Shown one piece after another: positions 13,629 through 25,093 of a stretch of DNA of 64,000 nt (position 1 is the stretch's first letter; every line of letters starts with the position of its first letter). The stretch covers positions 3,038,001 through 3,102,000 of the forward strand of contig OU015568.1 in assembly GCA_907165135.1 (NCBI GenBank), given 5' to 3'. The notes below the pieces were generated by a model. That model made no database searches and had not been told where the DNA came from. It saw only the letters and a list, made by a program, of their open reading frames with translations. This DNA is from Oikopleura dioica (lineage: Eukaryota; Animalia; Chordata). The translations under genes were made by a program, and so were the position numbers.

Positions 13629-14007
13629 TAAATATATATCTTATATACTGGTATATAAATATGATTGTAAAAAGAACGCCTGAGATATTCAAGGATTGAC
13701 CTTATTATTATAAAGAATTAAGACAATTATGTACATTTGTATTTCTTCCATTTCTCCCTCAAGAGGTCACCATCAAGTCTGCTTTTGAGAGTAGTTTTGA
13801 TCAAATATTCATGAATAGATATTTGGTCAAGCAGTGAATTTAACAATTCAATATTAATAAATAAAAAATAATCAACAAAACCCGACAGTTATTATTAATA
13901 ACATGCGACTAACCCAGTCGGAATAGATCTCGTTGCGGCCCATTTAGAACAGAGAATCTGCTATTTCGGTCTTCATGGAAATTGTTTTTTTCTTTGTTGC
14001 TTCATAG

Positions 14008-17000
14008 AGAATAGAAAGGGTGGTTGGAAAGATAGGGTTGATTACAAATGGGGACTATTGGAAAGCGAATACTTGGTACTTGACGTTGGCTCTAGGGTCG
14101 GCTCTTGGAGCGGCCGCATTTCTTTCCTTTCTTGCTTATCTTTGCGGATGTTGGGAAGACGAAGACGGTATGATTTTTTATAATCAACGCTTCAATTACC
14201 CAAATTAAGATGAAGAACTATACAAGCCCCGTTTTTCCCGTCGATATTCATCAACAATCGTGTCCACTCCCGACTCTGCGACGCGCCGAAAAACTAACTC
14301 GTCGAACAATTTAAACTCCATTGTTCGAAGTCCGAGGGAGCCTTCATACAGTATTAAGAACAAAACTAATTTTACATTACCTCAAACAGGTAAAAAATAG
14401 GCTCAATCAATGTTCAGCGAGGACAGTTCAATCAGGGTTAAAACTACAGAAATTTAATACCTCTGCCTAGCGTTCCGTGTCTTCAAAGTACAAATCCCAG
14501 GAGATAAAATATTCAGAAACGGCAGTTAACGAAGTCAAACCTCAAACCTCCGTGAAAATAGCGAATGAAGTCTGTGATCCAACTTCAAAAAGTTCACAAG
14601 TTGCATCAATAATTACAGCAAATACTGATCAATCATCGATTCCGAAAGTTCAAGAACCAACACCAGATTCTGGGTAAGCGGTATCTTTAGGGGGTGAACG
14701 GTGAAAAAATTGATTTTTTTATCGTCCTCTAATAGAGATGAATAATATATCGATGGAAAGCCCTTCATCCACTGATCATTTTGACATATGACTTGAGGTC
14801 ATCAAAGGTCACGTGGGGTCAGCTGAGGTCAAAATCTGATTTTTCCTAAAGTCGACGTAACTAGGGTTTCTATGGATGATTTTGATTGCTGATAATCACT
14901 GATAATATTAATTTTTCCTAAATTTTTATCACGTGACATATTGGAGGACCCCGGAGGACCTAGATGATGGAAGAATTTAAGCAAATTAAATGAAAATTAA
15001 TCTCTTCCGGGGACTTCTTCGGCATGGTGATTAACCGAAACGTGAACATTGAAAAATCTGATAATTTGATCACGTGGACCCTCGAAGGACCCCTGATTGA
15101 AGAATTTATTTAAGAAAGAAGAGAAATCTATGTAAAAAGATAAAATAATTGATATTTCAAAAACCATAATTTAAAATCGGAAAGGACACACTGAAGTTAA
15201 TTGAAAAACGGGTGTGGGCGGGGTTTGGGAAAAAATGAGACTGATCATCTCTATCTTTTCTTCAAATCCCAGCCGTAATCAAGCCCATTTCAATTAAAAA
15301 GCCAGGGACGGGGCTGAGACGGCCCGAAGGGCCGTCAAGCCCATTTCAATTAAAAAGCCAGGGACGGGGCTGAGACGGCCCGAAGGGCCGTCAAGCCCAT
15401 TTCAATTAAAAAGCCAGGGACGGGGCTGAGACGGCCCGAAGGGCCGTCAAGCCCATTTCAATTAAAAAGCCAGGGACGGGGCTGAGACGGCCCGAAGGGC
15501 CGTCAAGCCCATTTCAATTAAAAGCCAGGGACGGGGCTGAGACGGCCCGAAGGGCCGTCAAGCCCATTTCAATTAAAAGCCAGGGACGGGGCTGAGACGG
15601 CCCGAAGGGCCGTCAAGCCCATTTCAATTAAAAGCCAGGGACGGGGCTGAGACGGCCCGAAGGGCCGTCAAGCCCATTTCAATTAAAAGCCAGGGACGGG
15701 GCTGAGACGGCCCGAAGGGCCGTCAAGCCCATTTCAATTAAAAGCCAGGGACGGGGCTGAGACGGCCCGAAGGGCCGTCAAGCCCATTTCAATTAAAAAG
15801 CCAGGGACGGGGCTGAGACGGCCCGAAGGGCCGTCAAGCCCATTTCAATTAAAAAGCCAGGGACGGGGCTGAGACGGCCCGAAGGGCCGTCAAGCCCATT
15901 TCAATTAAAAAGCCAGGGACGGGGCTGAGACGGCCCGAAGGGCCGTCAAGCCCATTTCAATTAAAAGCCAGGGACGGGGCTGAGACGGCCCGAAGGGCCG
16001 TCAAGCCCATTTCAATTAAAAGCCAGGGACGGGGCTGAGACGGCCCGAAGCCGTCAAGCCCATTTCAATTAAAAGCCAGGGACGGGGCTGAGACGGCCCG
16101 AAGGGCCGTCAAGCCCATTTCAATTAAAAGCCAGGGACGGGGCTGAGACGGCCCGAAGGGCCGTCAAGCCCATTTCAATTAAAAAGCCAGGGACGGGGCT
16201 GAGACGGCCCGAAGGGCCGTCAAGCCCATTTCAATTAAAAAGCCAGGGACGGGGCTGAGACGGCCCGAAGGGCCGTCAAGCCCATTTCAATTAAAAAGCC
16301 AGGGACGGGGCTGAGACGGCCCGAAGGGCCGTCAAGCCCATTTCAATTAAAAGCCAGGGACGGGGCTGAGACGGCCCGAAGGGCCGTCAAGCCCATTTCA
16401 ATTAAAAGCCAGGGACGGGGCTGAGACGGCCCGAAGGGCCGTCAAGCCCATTTCAATTAAAAAGCCAGGGACGGGGCTGAGACGGCCCGAAGGGCCGTCA
16501 AGCCCATTTCAATTAAAAGCCAGGGACGGGGCTGAGACGGCCCGAAGGGCCGTCAAGCCCATTTCAATTAAAAGCCAGGGACGGGGCTGAGACGGCCCGA
16601 AGGGCCGTCAAGCCCATTTCAATTAAAAGCCAGGGACGGGGCTGAGACGGCCCGAAGGGCCGTCAAGCCCATTTCAATTAAAAGCCAGGGACGGGGCTGA
16701 GACGGCCCGAAGGGCCGTCAAGCCCATTTCAATTAAAAAGCCAGGGACGGGGCTGAGACGGCCCGAAGGGCCGTCAAGCCCATTTCAATTAAAAAGCCAG
16801 GGACGGGGCTGAGACGGCCCGAAGGGCCGTCAAGCCCATTTCAATTAAAAAGCCAGGGACGGGGCTGAGACGGCCCGAAGGGCCGTCAAGCCCATTTCAA
16901 TTAAAAAGCCAGGGACGGGGCTGAGACGGCCTGACTGAAGTTGAATTATCAGTAGTCCAGCAATTGATTTCAAGCAAAAAAGTCCTCCGGAGGACTAATT

Positions 17001-17632
17001 ATGACTCAAACTCAGTCACGTGATCAAGTTTACGCAATTTTTCGACAATAATCGGAATGAAAAAAAAGTGTCATTGCCGGGATTCGAACACCCCTATAAG
17101 GCCAACTCACAGAGTTTGGACAAATAATTAGCTCTAGAATTTTTTGCACACAAGTGCACAAAGTGATTTTATAAGTTTCTGAAAGCATTTTTTCTGTAGA
17201 TTAAGAATATTTTTGATTTAGGCTTGAGGAAGGTTGAGATCAAAAGTTATCGTGAAAAAACTGTTATCTTCATGAGAAAATTGGCATTTATGATGGAAAA
17301 CAACGTTGTATTAATTTACAATTATTGAATTAAATGTTTTTTATGATGCGTTTTATACGTATTCATCGATTCAAATTAGTTTTTTAAACTTTGAATTTTG
17401 CTCAATTTTTCACTGTTCACCCCCTAGGTATCTTTCATAAAAAAAGAAGCCTTTGCTCAGCAACCCTAATTTCAGGGAGAATCCTCCAAAGCGACAACGC
17501 CCAAGTTTTAAAGCAGTGGCTCAAAAGATAGCGCATGAAAAAGCACTAGAAAAGCTCCGCGATCCAAATCAGAAAAATGACTCGTTGGTCCAAACGATGA
17601 AGGCCATCAGAACGCTTAATAGAATGAGTTGA
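14008..17632 (+). CDS. Single-pass membrane protein with Ser/Thr-rich tail; last intron carries the 2.7-kb array element; start unresolved
   Basis: TM segment WYLTLALGSALGAAAFLSFLAYLCGCW. The exon ending TCT GG|gtaagc (14673) joins in phase to tttgctcag|C AAC CCT (17461), which stays open for about 56 codons to TGA 17632. Confidence 0.5.
15214..15251 (+). promoter_or_regulatory. Array leader motif 1 (GC box plus TGAGA.TGATCA.CTC)
   Basis: GTGGGCGGGGTTTGGG...TGAGACTGATCATCTC; homologous to 60030-60068, upstream of array 2. Confidence 0.45.
15280..16931 (+). repeat. Tandem array 1: about 30 copies of a 55-56 bp unit with a perfect hairpin core
   Basis: Unit CAAGCCCATTTCAATTAAAA(A)GCCAGGGACGGGGCTGAGACGGCCCGAAGGGCCGT. 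Units differ almost only in A4/A5; one unit near 16050 has a GG deletion. Confidence 0.99.
17060..17100 (-). other. tRNA-like 3' fragment (B box followed by an oligo-T run) inside the TIR element
   Basis: Minus strand GTTCGAATCCCGGCAATGACAC followed by T8; no A box or cloverleaf upstream. Confidence 0.35.
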
Positions 17633-18580
17633 GTCCATCAAAATTCTACCCTCGCTGACCCCTATTTATAGATCGTGAGAAGGAGAAGAGAAAGCGGCTT
17701 CTTTGATAGGTTTTCGATGATTAAAATTGATGGCCAAAAGAGGTTAAAAATTTACCACGATAAATATCCTTCGCGACACTTTAATCGAAAACTGAATTAT
17801 TACTGAACATGGACAGTTGAAACAAAATTGCTATCACTGTTTACTAGAAGCAGGTGAGTTAATGGCCGCCCTAAAATGAACTCGGCATGACCACTATTTC
17901 AGATTCGAATGGAACAACAGATGCATCGTGGCAGGTAAGACCAGATAATCCACAAATCTACGCGAAAATGCGTGCTTTTTCATTAACATACATGTACAGA
18001 TGACGCGAATGCCCAAGAGTCCTCGGCAAAAGGGTTTCTCTGGGCGAGGCTCTCGATCCCCCAAATCCAGACACAGATCATATAAAAAACATTCATGATC
18101 ATGCACAGCAAGTAGACTCGTTTTTCACAGTTTTTTCCAAGCAAAAACTAATCAAATGAATCTTTATCATTGACTAAACTCCGTTATTTTTATTGCTACC
18201 CGACGAGAACAAGGATTATTTTCGAACTTGACAAATTTTCCTGGAAGTTTTCAAGAGTAGTTGTTTTTTATCAAATTGTTTAATTCTACTCCTCAACTTC
18301 TTTCTTTAAGACAATCATGGCAGTTGCCCGGTTCAAAAGCCCAAGGCGTCGCCAGCGATTTCACTGCGATGATTCTTGAGTCAATCCTGCTTCAATTTCA
18401 AGCAAAACTTCCTTCCTACTTTATTTATTTTGATACTTTATTGTTCAAAACAGAGTTTCTACTGTACAAAAATGCATATATTAAAAGACAGCCCGATCAG
18501 AGGGTCAAATAATTGCGGTTTTCTTGACGATCAGATTTGATATTCAGCGAGTTTTCTTCAGGAGATCATTTCAGCAGCCG

Positions 18581-21500
18581 TCAATAATGCATGCAAACAC
18601 TGCATTTAGAGACATAATCGGACGTTTTGGAACATGCAGATTCATCGTCAATAATCTTTAAAAAAAGAGTCGTCATTCATAATAAATCGCATAAGTCTAA
18701 CATACCGCTGAGAGCCAAGAACCGTCAGCATTTTGTTTTTGTCTACAGCCAGTTCTGTCACACTCCAAAAATGGGTCGTCTATCACTTCGCCCAAGCAAG
18801 AGCCAGAACTCATCAAGTCTTGGGAGCGCATTTTGCCGCGATTTTCCAAGTTTGAAATGAATGAATGTCCCTTCCACAGCCTTCCAAAGCCTAAAAATGT
18901 ATTTTAGAGTACTGTAACTGATAATTTCTATACTGAACTCAGATTCTGAGTCAGAAGCCTGAGTTAGCGTTCTGAAGGAGGTGAATGAGTAACTGTGTAC
19001 CTGATGGGCATTCAGGCTCTTCCTGTGTCATTGAATGAACAATGAGCGGTTTCGTCTTGACCTCGCAAACGCTGCATCTGGAGACATGCTGCTTTATCTT
19101 AATTTTTCAAGCATCATTAATTTATAGAAGATCAACAAAAGCACTCACATCATATCCCGTCAAAAGCGGGTCCCCATCGATGATTCCAAAGCTCTCCGTA
19201 GTCAGCCAAAAGCTCTTGTGTTCTTTTGCAGCATATTGACACTAAGATAAAGGATTGTAAAACTGACAGGCAAATTTGAGATAAGTGCAAACTTTTTGGC
19301 CGCTGCAGACGTAAATCGGGCTTTGCTGGAAATGCTGAAGACAGGAGGATGAGCGGCCCAAATCTTGAGTGCTCAAATGGGAGCTTGTTGCCGCGCCCAA
19401 GTAGCTGTAGCCTTCCCAAAGAAGTGTTGAGTCCTCGGGACAGCTTGGAATTGTCGTATTCTGAATTGGTTACGTAAAAATCTTTCAACCATTTCAAACC
19501 TGAGAATGCTTAGTGAGCACAAAGCCGCAATCTTCGCTGTCGCCTCTCGGCCCTCGTTTTCCAGGCGCCCCGACTTCTCCCGGCTGTCCAGGTTGACCAG
19601 CGTGGAAATTGTCTTGTCCCGCATTTCCGCGAGCTCCTTTTTCGCCAGCTTCACCTCGTGGACCGACGTCGCCTCGGATTCCTCGCTCTCCAGAGAATGA
19701 GCCTTCACAGTCACCTTCACAAGGGACATAGTCTGGGCCTGGCGGTCCAGGAAGACCCGGTCGACCAGGCTTTCCGTCTGGACCGCGATCACCAATCGTT
19801 CCTCGGTGGCCAGATCTGCCATCTTGTCCACGGTAGCCATTAGCTCCGTCGATACCAGGTTGTCCAGCGTAACCATCGGGACCTACGGGGCCTGGTGGAC
19901 CTTGATGGCCACAAAAACCATCGATTCCAGGAGTGCCAGGCTCTCCATCGACGCCAGGCATGCCATCATAACCAGGAGAACCATCTGCTCCGTTGAATCC
20001 AGGCTCGCCTTTCGGACCAACAGGCCCTGGAATACCAGCCATTCCCGTGTAACCGTCATCACCAGGCCAGCCATTCCACTTGTTCTTTGCCGCGACGCCA
20101 GGGGGGCCTGGCGGACCTCTGATGCCCATTTCACCGGGAAAGCCTTCGATTCCACAATCACCTTCTTCATCTGAGGGTTTAGTTCCGTCTTTTCCATCAA
20201 TGCCGTTTTCACCACGATCACCTTGTCTTCCTCTAAAGCCAGGATGACCAGCGATAGATTCGCCATCCTCCCCGGGCAAGCCATCTTCACCACACAAACC
20301 AGGCGGTCCTGGAGGTCCTTGATCTCCTTTAGGTCCGATCGGTCCGCTTTCCCCTGCTGGACCGACATTTCCACGAGTTCCAGGAACACCTTGTGGTCCA
20401 GGTTTACCAGGAGCTCCAGTTGGACCGACATCGCCGCGACGACCTTGTTCACCGGGGATTCCATTTATTCCTGGTATACCACAAACTCCAGGATATCCAG
20501 GCTCACCTTGCGGGCCATCTTCTCCAATCTGCCCGGGTTTTCCGGGCAAACCAGGGGCACCCGGAGCTCCAGGTTGACCGGGACTTCCTCCTGGTCCAAC
20601 AGGACCAGCCTCTCCATCCGGTCCAGCGGGTCCCTCTGGTCCTTGAGGTCCCTGTGGTCCGATTTCGCCTTCGACTCCAGTTGGACCTTTCGGACCCTTT
20701 TTACCGCCAGGTCCTCGTTGTCCTGTTTCTCCAGATTTTCCACGCTCGCCAACTTCACCTCTTTGGCCTCTTTCGCCGTCAGCACCAGGAGATCCTGCTG
20801 ATCCGGATAAACCAGGTTCTCCAGCATTTCCAGGAGCACCAGAGGAACCCTGATTTCCATCGTTTCCGGGCTCACCATTGTAACCAACATCGCCAGGTAA
20901 ACCAATCGAGCCCTTTTGATATGGGATTTCATTTATGTCGATTTGGCGCAATTCTGCTGGACCTTCGCCTGGTTCTCCAGCACAACCAAGCTCTCCTTTT
21001 AATCCTTTGGTTCCTTGATCTCCGATGGGCCCTTGTTTCCCGCGATTGCCTTGACGACCATTTTCACCATCAGGTCCGTCAAAACCATCGTCGCCGGAAG
21101 GACCAAATGGGCCACGCTCACCAATATCACCAGGGCCACCAGGCCTCCCCGGAATACCGTCTTCGCCAGCTTCGCCGTCAAATCCAGCAGGGCCCTCAGG
21201 CCCTTTCTCACCAATTCTTCCGTCTTCGCCAGGAACTCCATCAGCGCCAGCGGGACCAGATGGTCCTTGAACAGAATCACCAGGCTCGCCTTGAGCACCT
21301 TCTTTACCACGTCCACCGGCAGGACCTGGGATGCCATTAATGCCCGGCTCACCTTTTTGGCCGACTGGACCGACGATTCCAAGACGACAGTCTTCACCGT
21401 CGTCACCAGGTGCACCTGAAAGAACATTTCAGCTGCATCATAAATATATGAATCTACCTGTTTCGCCTGGATAACCCTTTTCTCCAGGAGTTCCAGCTTT

Positions 21501-24324
21501 GCCAACGAAACCTTGTTTGCCACGATCTCCTGGCTCGCCATCGTTTCCAGGAGCACCATGATTACCTGGCTTGCCATCTATTCCAGGAATACCAATAATG
21601 CCGTTTGGTGCATCGGGCGCATCATCACCTGGTTCACCTACTTGGCCTTCATCTCCTTCGTGCCCTGGTCGTCCAGTTTCACCTGGAAGACCCCATCGAC
21701 CAAGAGGTCCTTCTGGACCGCGCTCTCCTCTTTCACCAGGATGACCCCGGATACCAGGCTGGCTTTGCTTTCCTTTTTCACCAGCGGGGCCAGTCATACC
21801 TCGCTTCCCAGGCTGGCCAGGATTACCAGGAAAGCCTGGAGAACCAGGTCGCCCGCTCTGCCCTGGAAGACCAGGTGGACCAGCTTCACCACGCAAGCCA
21901 GGATGACCATCAATTGGCTTCGACGGAAAATTCAAGATCTCGCCTGGTTCACCGGGAATTCCATCAGCTCCAGGAGTACCTTTTTCACCGGCATCTCCAT
22001 TTTGACCTTTCAAGCCAACAGGACCTTCTGTTTCGTCCCCTTGAGGGCCAGCAATGCCTCTTTCTCCAGGAAATCCAGCAGGTCCGACGTCACCTTCTCT
22101 GCCACAAACCCCACCATATCCGGGTTCTCCTTTTTGTCCCTTAGCACCGGAAAGTCCATCTTTTCCAGGCAAACCGGAAAGCCCAGTTAATCCATTTTCA
22201 CCAGCTTCTCCTCTTTCGCCGAATTCTCCGCATTCAGCGTCGACTTCTGGCATTTTTGCAGGTTCTCCCGCTGAACCAGCACGTCCTTTCATCCCTGGAA
22301 GGCCAGGCCGACCAGCTTCGCCAGGTACGCCAACTGGTCCTTCCAAACCGCACAGACCCCGCTGTCCAGGCGCTCCAGGACGGCCAGGAATTCCAATCAT
22401 TCCTTTCACGCCACTATGGCCGTCGACGCCATCATCTCCTGGCTCACCAAATGCTTTTGAACAATCACACGGCGCAGCAGGCCGCCCGTTTTCGCCAGGA
22501 ATACCTTGATCGCCAGGTTCACCAGGATATCCAACACAACCTTGTTCGCCAACATGGCCTTTTGGGCCTCTCGGTCCGGTTATATGTTCGGGACAAGGAG
22601 ATCCATTGCATAAAAATCGACCTGGTTGGCCAGGACTGCCAGGTTCGCCGGGATGACCAGGGATTCCACCCTCTCCTGGAACTCCATGATCACCTCGCCG
22701 TCCACGAATGCTTTCTCCGGGCATTCCAGCCTCTCCATTCGCACCACAAAGACCAGGGTGGCCAGGAGGACCTTGTAGCCCCACTTCACCGGGTTTTCCA
22801 TCAGTTCCTCGCTTTCCTTTTTCGCCAGAAACAGATATTCCAGGAGGGCCACGATCACCAGGAACACCAGGAACGCCAGATCGACCAGATTCACCGGGAA
22901 TTCCTGGAACGCCTGGTTTTCCATAGTCGCCATTTTCACCACGCTCGCCCGATTCGCCTGGATATCCACACAAACCTGGAGGTCCCGGATTGCCAGTAGT
23001 TCCATCAACGCCTGGCTCGCCGATGTCCCCACTTGGTCCAAGTGCCCCTTTTGCACCGGGTTGGCCAGAAAGACCAGGCTCTCCAGACGGCCCAGTTTGA
23101 CCTGAATATCCTCTTCTTCCGTCTTCGCCAGGGACGCCAGTCGGACCTCTTGGTCCGTACATTCCGACTTGACCTTGTGCTCCAGGTTCTCCTCGACAGC
23201 CGCAAATACCTTCATCGCCGGGTTCTCCATCAGTACCGGCTTCGCCAAGATCACCTTTTGACATAAGCGCATAAGCATCGAAAGAACCTTTGAAAGCAGC
23301 TCTATCAGTGATGCATTTCTTCATGCTTTCTTCTGAAAAAGAGCATTCATCTGGATCCCCAGGATCGCCGGGAATCATGATTCCATCCTCTCCATCTTTT
23401 CCAGGTCGACCAGCTGCGCCAGGATCTCCTTGAGGTCCTTGAAAACCTTTCATTCCCCGACCACCTTGTGGCCCGGGAGGTCCACGAGGTCCCTCTTCTC
23501 CTAGCTCTCCTCGTTCTCCACGACGACCACGAGCAGTAGCTGCGAGAATATCTTTGAAACTTTCGAGATCAAAAGGTTCGCCTCGCTCTCCCTTTGGTCC
23601 AGCAATCCCACTTCGACCCGGTGGCCCAGGAATTCCGGCTCTGCCGGCTCGTCCTCGGTCTCCATGAGTGCCAGGAGCGCCGCACGTGCCCGGTGAACCA
23701 TCTGGACCTTGTTGGCCGCGACGGCCATTTTCTCCTGGAACGCCAGGAAATCCATTTGGAGCATCTACTCCTTGATCACCTTCACAGCCTTCGAATCCAG
23801 GAGGACCAACTTCCCCCTCCGGTCCAGCGTTCCCAGGAGGACCAAGTGGTCCGGGCGGACCGTCACGACCGGGAGGACCCATTTCACCCCGGATTCCTTG
23901 GAGACCTTTTTTGCCGGTTTTCTGAGGACATTGTTGGGAACATTTATCCGCGCATTCTTGATTGTCGCATCGAGGATTTAAGTATCGAGGGATTCGGGAA
24001 GTATAGCGTGTTGTTCGGTTCAAATCAGAATCAAGATCGGCATTTATGGCACGGGCGAAGTCATCCAAAAGCGAAGTCGGAGCGAATACTTCCGGTTGGT
24101 AAGTGGCGGCGGCTGAAAAAGGGTGGTTTCTTAATGATTTAAAAAGAGAGTTAGCCGATTGCGGCTTTAGATGAAAGACTATCGGCTTTTCAGCTAAAAT
24201 TAGAAAAAAGCCAAGTTTTAACATTATTCGACAAATATTTGCGTGCGAATTTTCCCCAGTTCAAAATTAACTTCAGCCCTTTTCCTGACGCCAGCGGTAA
24301 AACAAAACCACCAAAGAGCTTCAT
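18581..24324 (-). CDS. col4a: Type IV collagen alpha chain (7S-like region, interrupted Gly-X-Y helix, divergent NC1)
   Basis: Signal peptide [14 protein letters not shown] via a GA-AG intron (24194-24284), Cys-rich 7S-like [14 protein letters not shown], about 1,400 aa of Gly-X-Y, then NC1 GFVLTKHSQ|NTTIPSCP...[13 protein letters not shown]...HVSRCSVCE...GSCL...[10 protein letters not shown]. Confidence 0.95.
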
Positions 24325-25093
24325 ATCAGTTCATCCTTTTTCTTCCAAAGGCCTTCTCTTTTTTCTCTATTATTTGTCTAGTAGAGTCTCGATGATCTTT
24401 TATTTTTTTTCACAGCCGTAATCGCTGATTGCTCTTGGGCCGTTTTTGAAGTTGTAAAAATTGCTTTGAGCTTGGTGCTTTGATCGAAGTTGTAATTCGA
24501 ATTTACTACCAGGTCCCGGCGACACGAGGGATCCATTGTTTTCACAAAAAGCTAGCTAGCGGAAAATAGCAAGAATTCTAGCGCAAAGGAAGGGACTGAG
24601 GGTACAATTAAGAGATTACATCAATTATTTATGCCTCCATTCAACCTTACAATTATATAAAAAAAAATCAAAAATACGAAAGTTGAAAGTTGCAAAAAGC
24701 AAAAAAGCCGGTTGCGGCTTATTAGACCTAGGAATTAGACAGTATCTCTAAGAAGTTGTAACTAATTTTTTTATTAATCTTAAAAGCCGCAAGCGGCTCT
24801 TTCATAAGTAAATTCTTTTATAAGGCTATTTTAAGGAGGCATAAATAAGGAATATTCTTTAATTTTCGGACGTATAATTTATTTGTTTATCAAACATGTC
24901 GATCAAACAAGAATTGAACATTTTTTGAACAAGGGAATAGAAGGTACAAATGACTCTTCCATCGCCTTTTTTAACAAAATAAGACGATGGAAGGGAAATT
25001 TTTTAATAAATAAGTTCGACGAGCGGCATGTTGAGGTGGAATTGATGATCCTACTCTTGTTATTGTTGAATTGGGGGCTTGAAGGGAGGGTCC

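Larger units (their letters stand above)
14689..17425. mobile_element. Non-autonomous TIR DNA element carrying a hairpin tandem array; probable 10-bp TSD (MULE/Foldback-like)
   Basis: TIRs AGGGGGTGAACGGTGAAAAAATTGA / TCAATTTTTCACTGTTCACCCCCT. Flanks cGGTATCTTT (14679-14688) and aGGTATCTTT (17426-17435) match at 9/10. A TA TSD reading is also possible. No transposase ORF. Confidence 0.8.

Noticed and set aside
15280-16931. CRISPR array (palindromic repeat plus spacer, with a leader)
   Set aside because: Spacers are identical within each array, there are no cas genes, and the context is a eukaryotic intron.
17860-18130. Possible small minus-strand two-exon gene
   Set aside because: A GT-AG intron can be drawn, but several frames are equally plausible and no domain is recognisable.
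19373-23981. Many long overlapping ORFs on both strands across the collagen gene
   Set aside because: These are shadow frames produced by the Gly-X-Y codon periodicity; they have no independent protein features.
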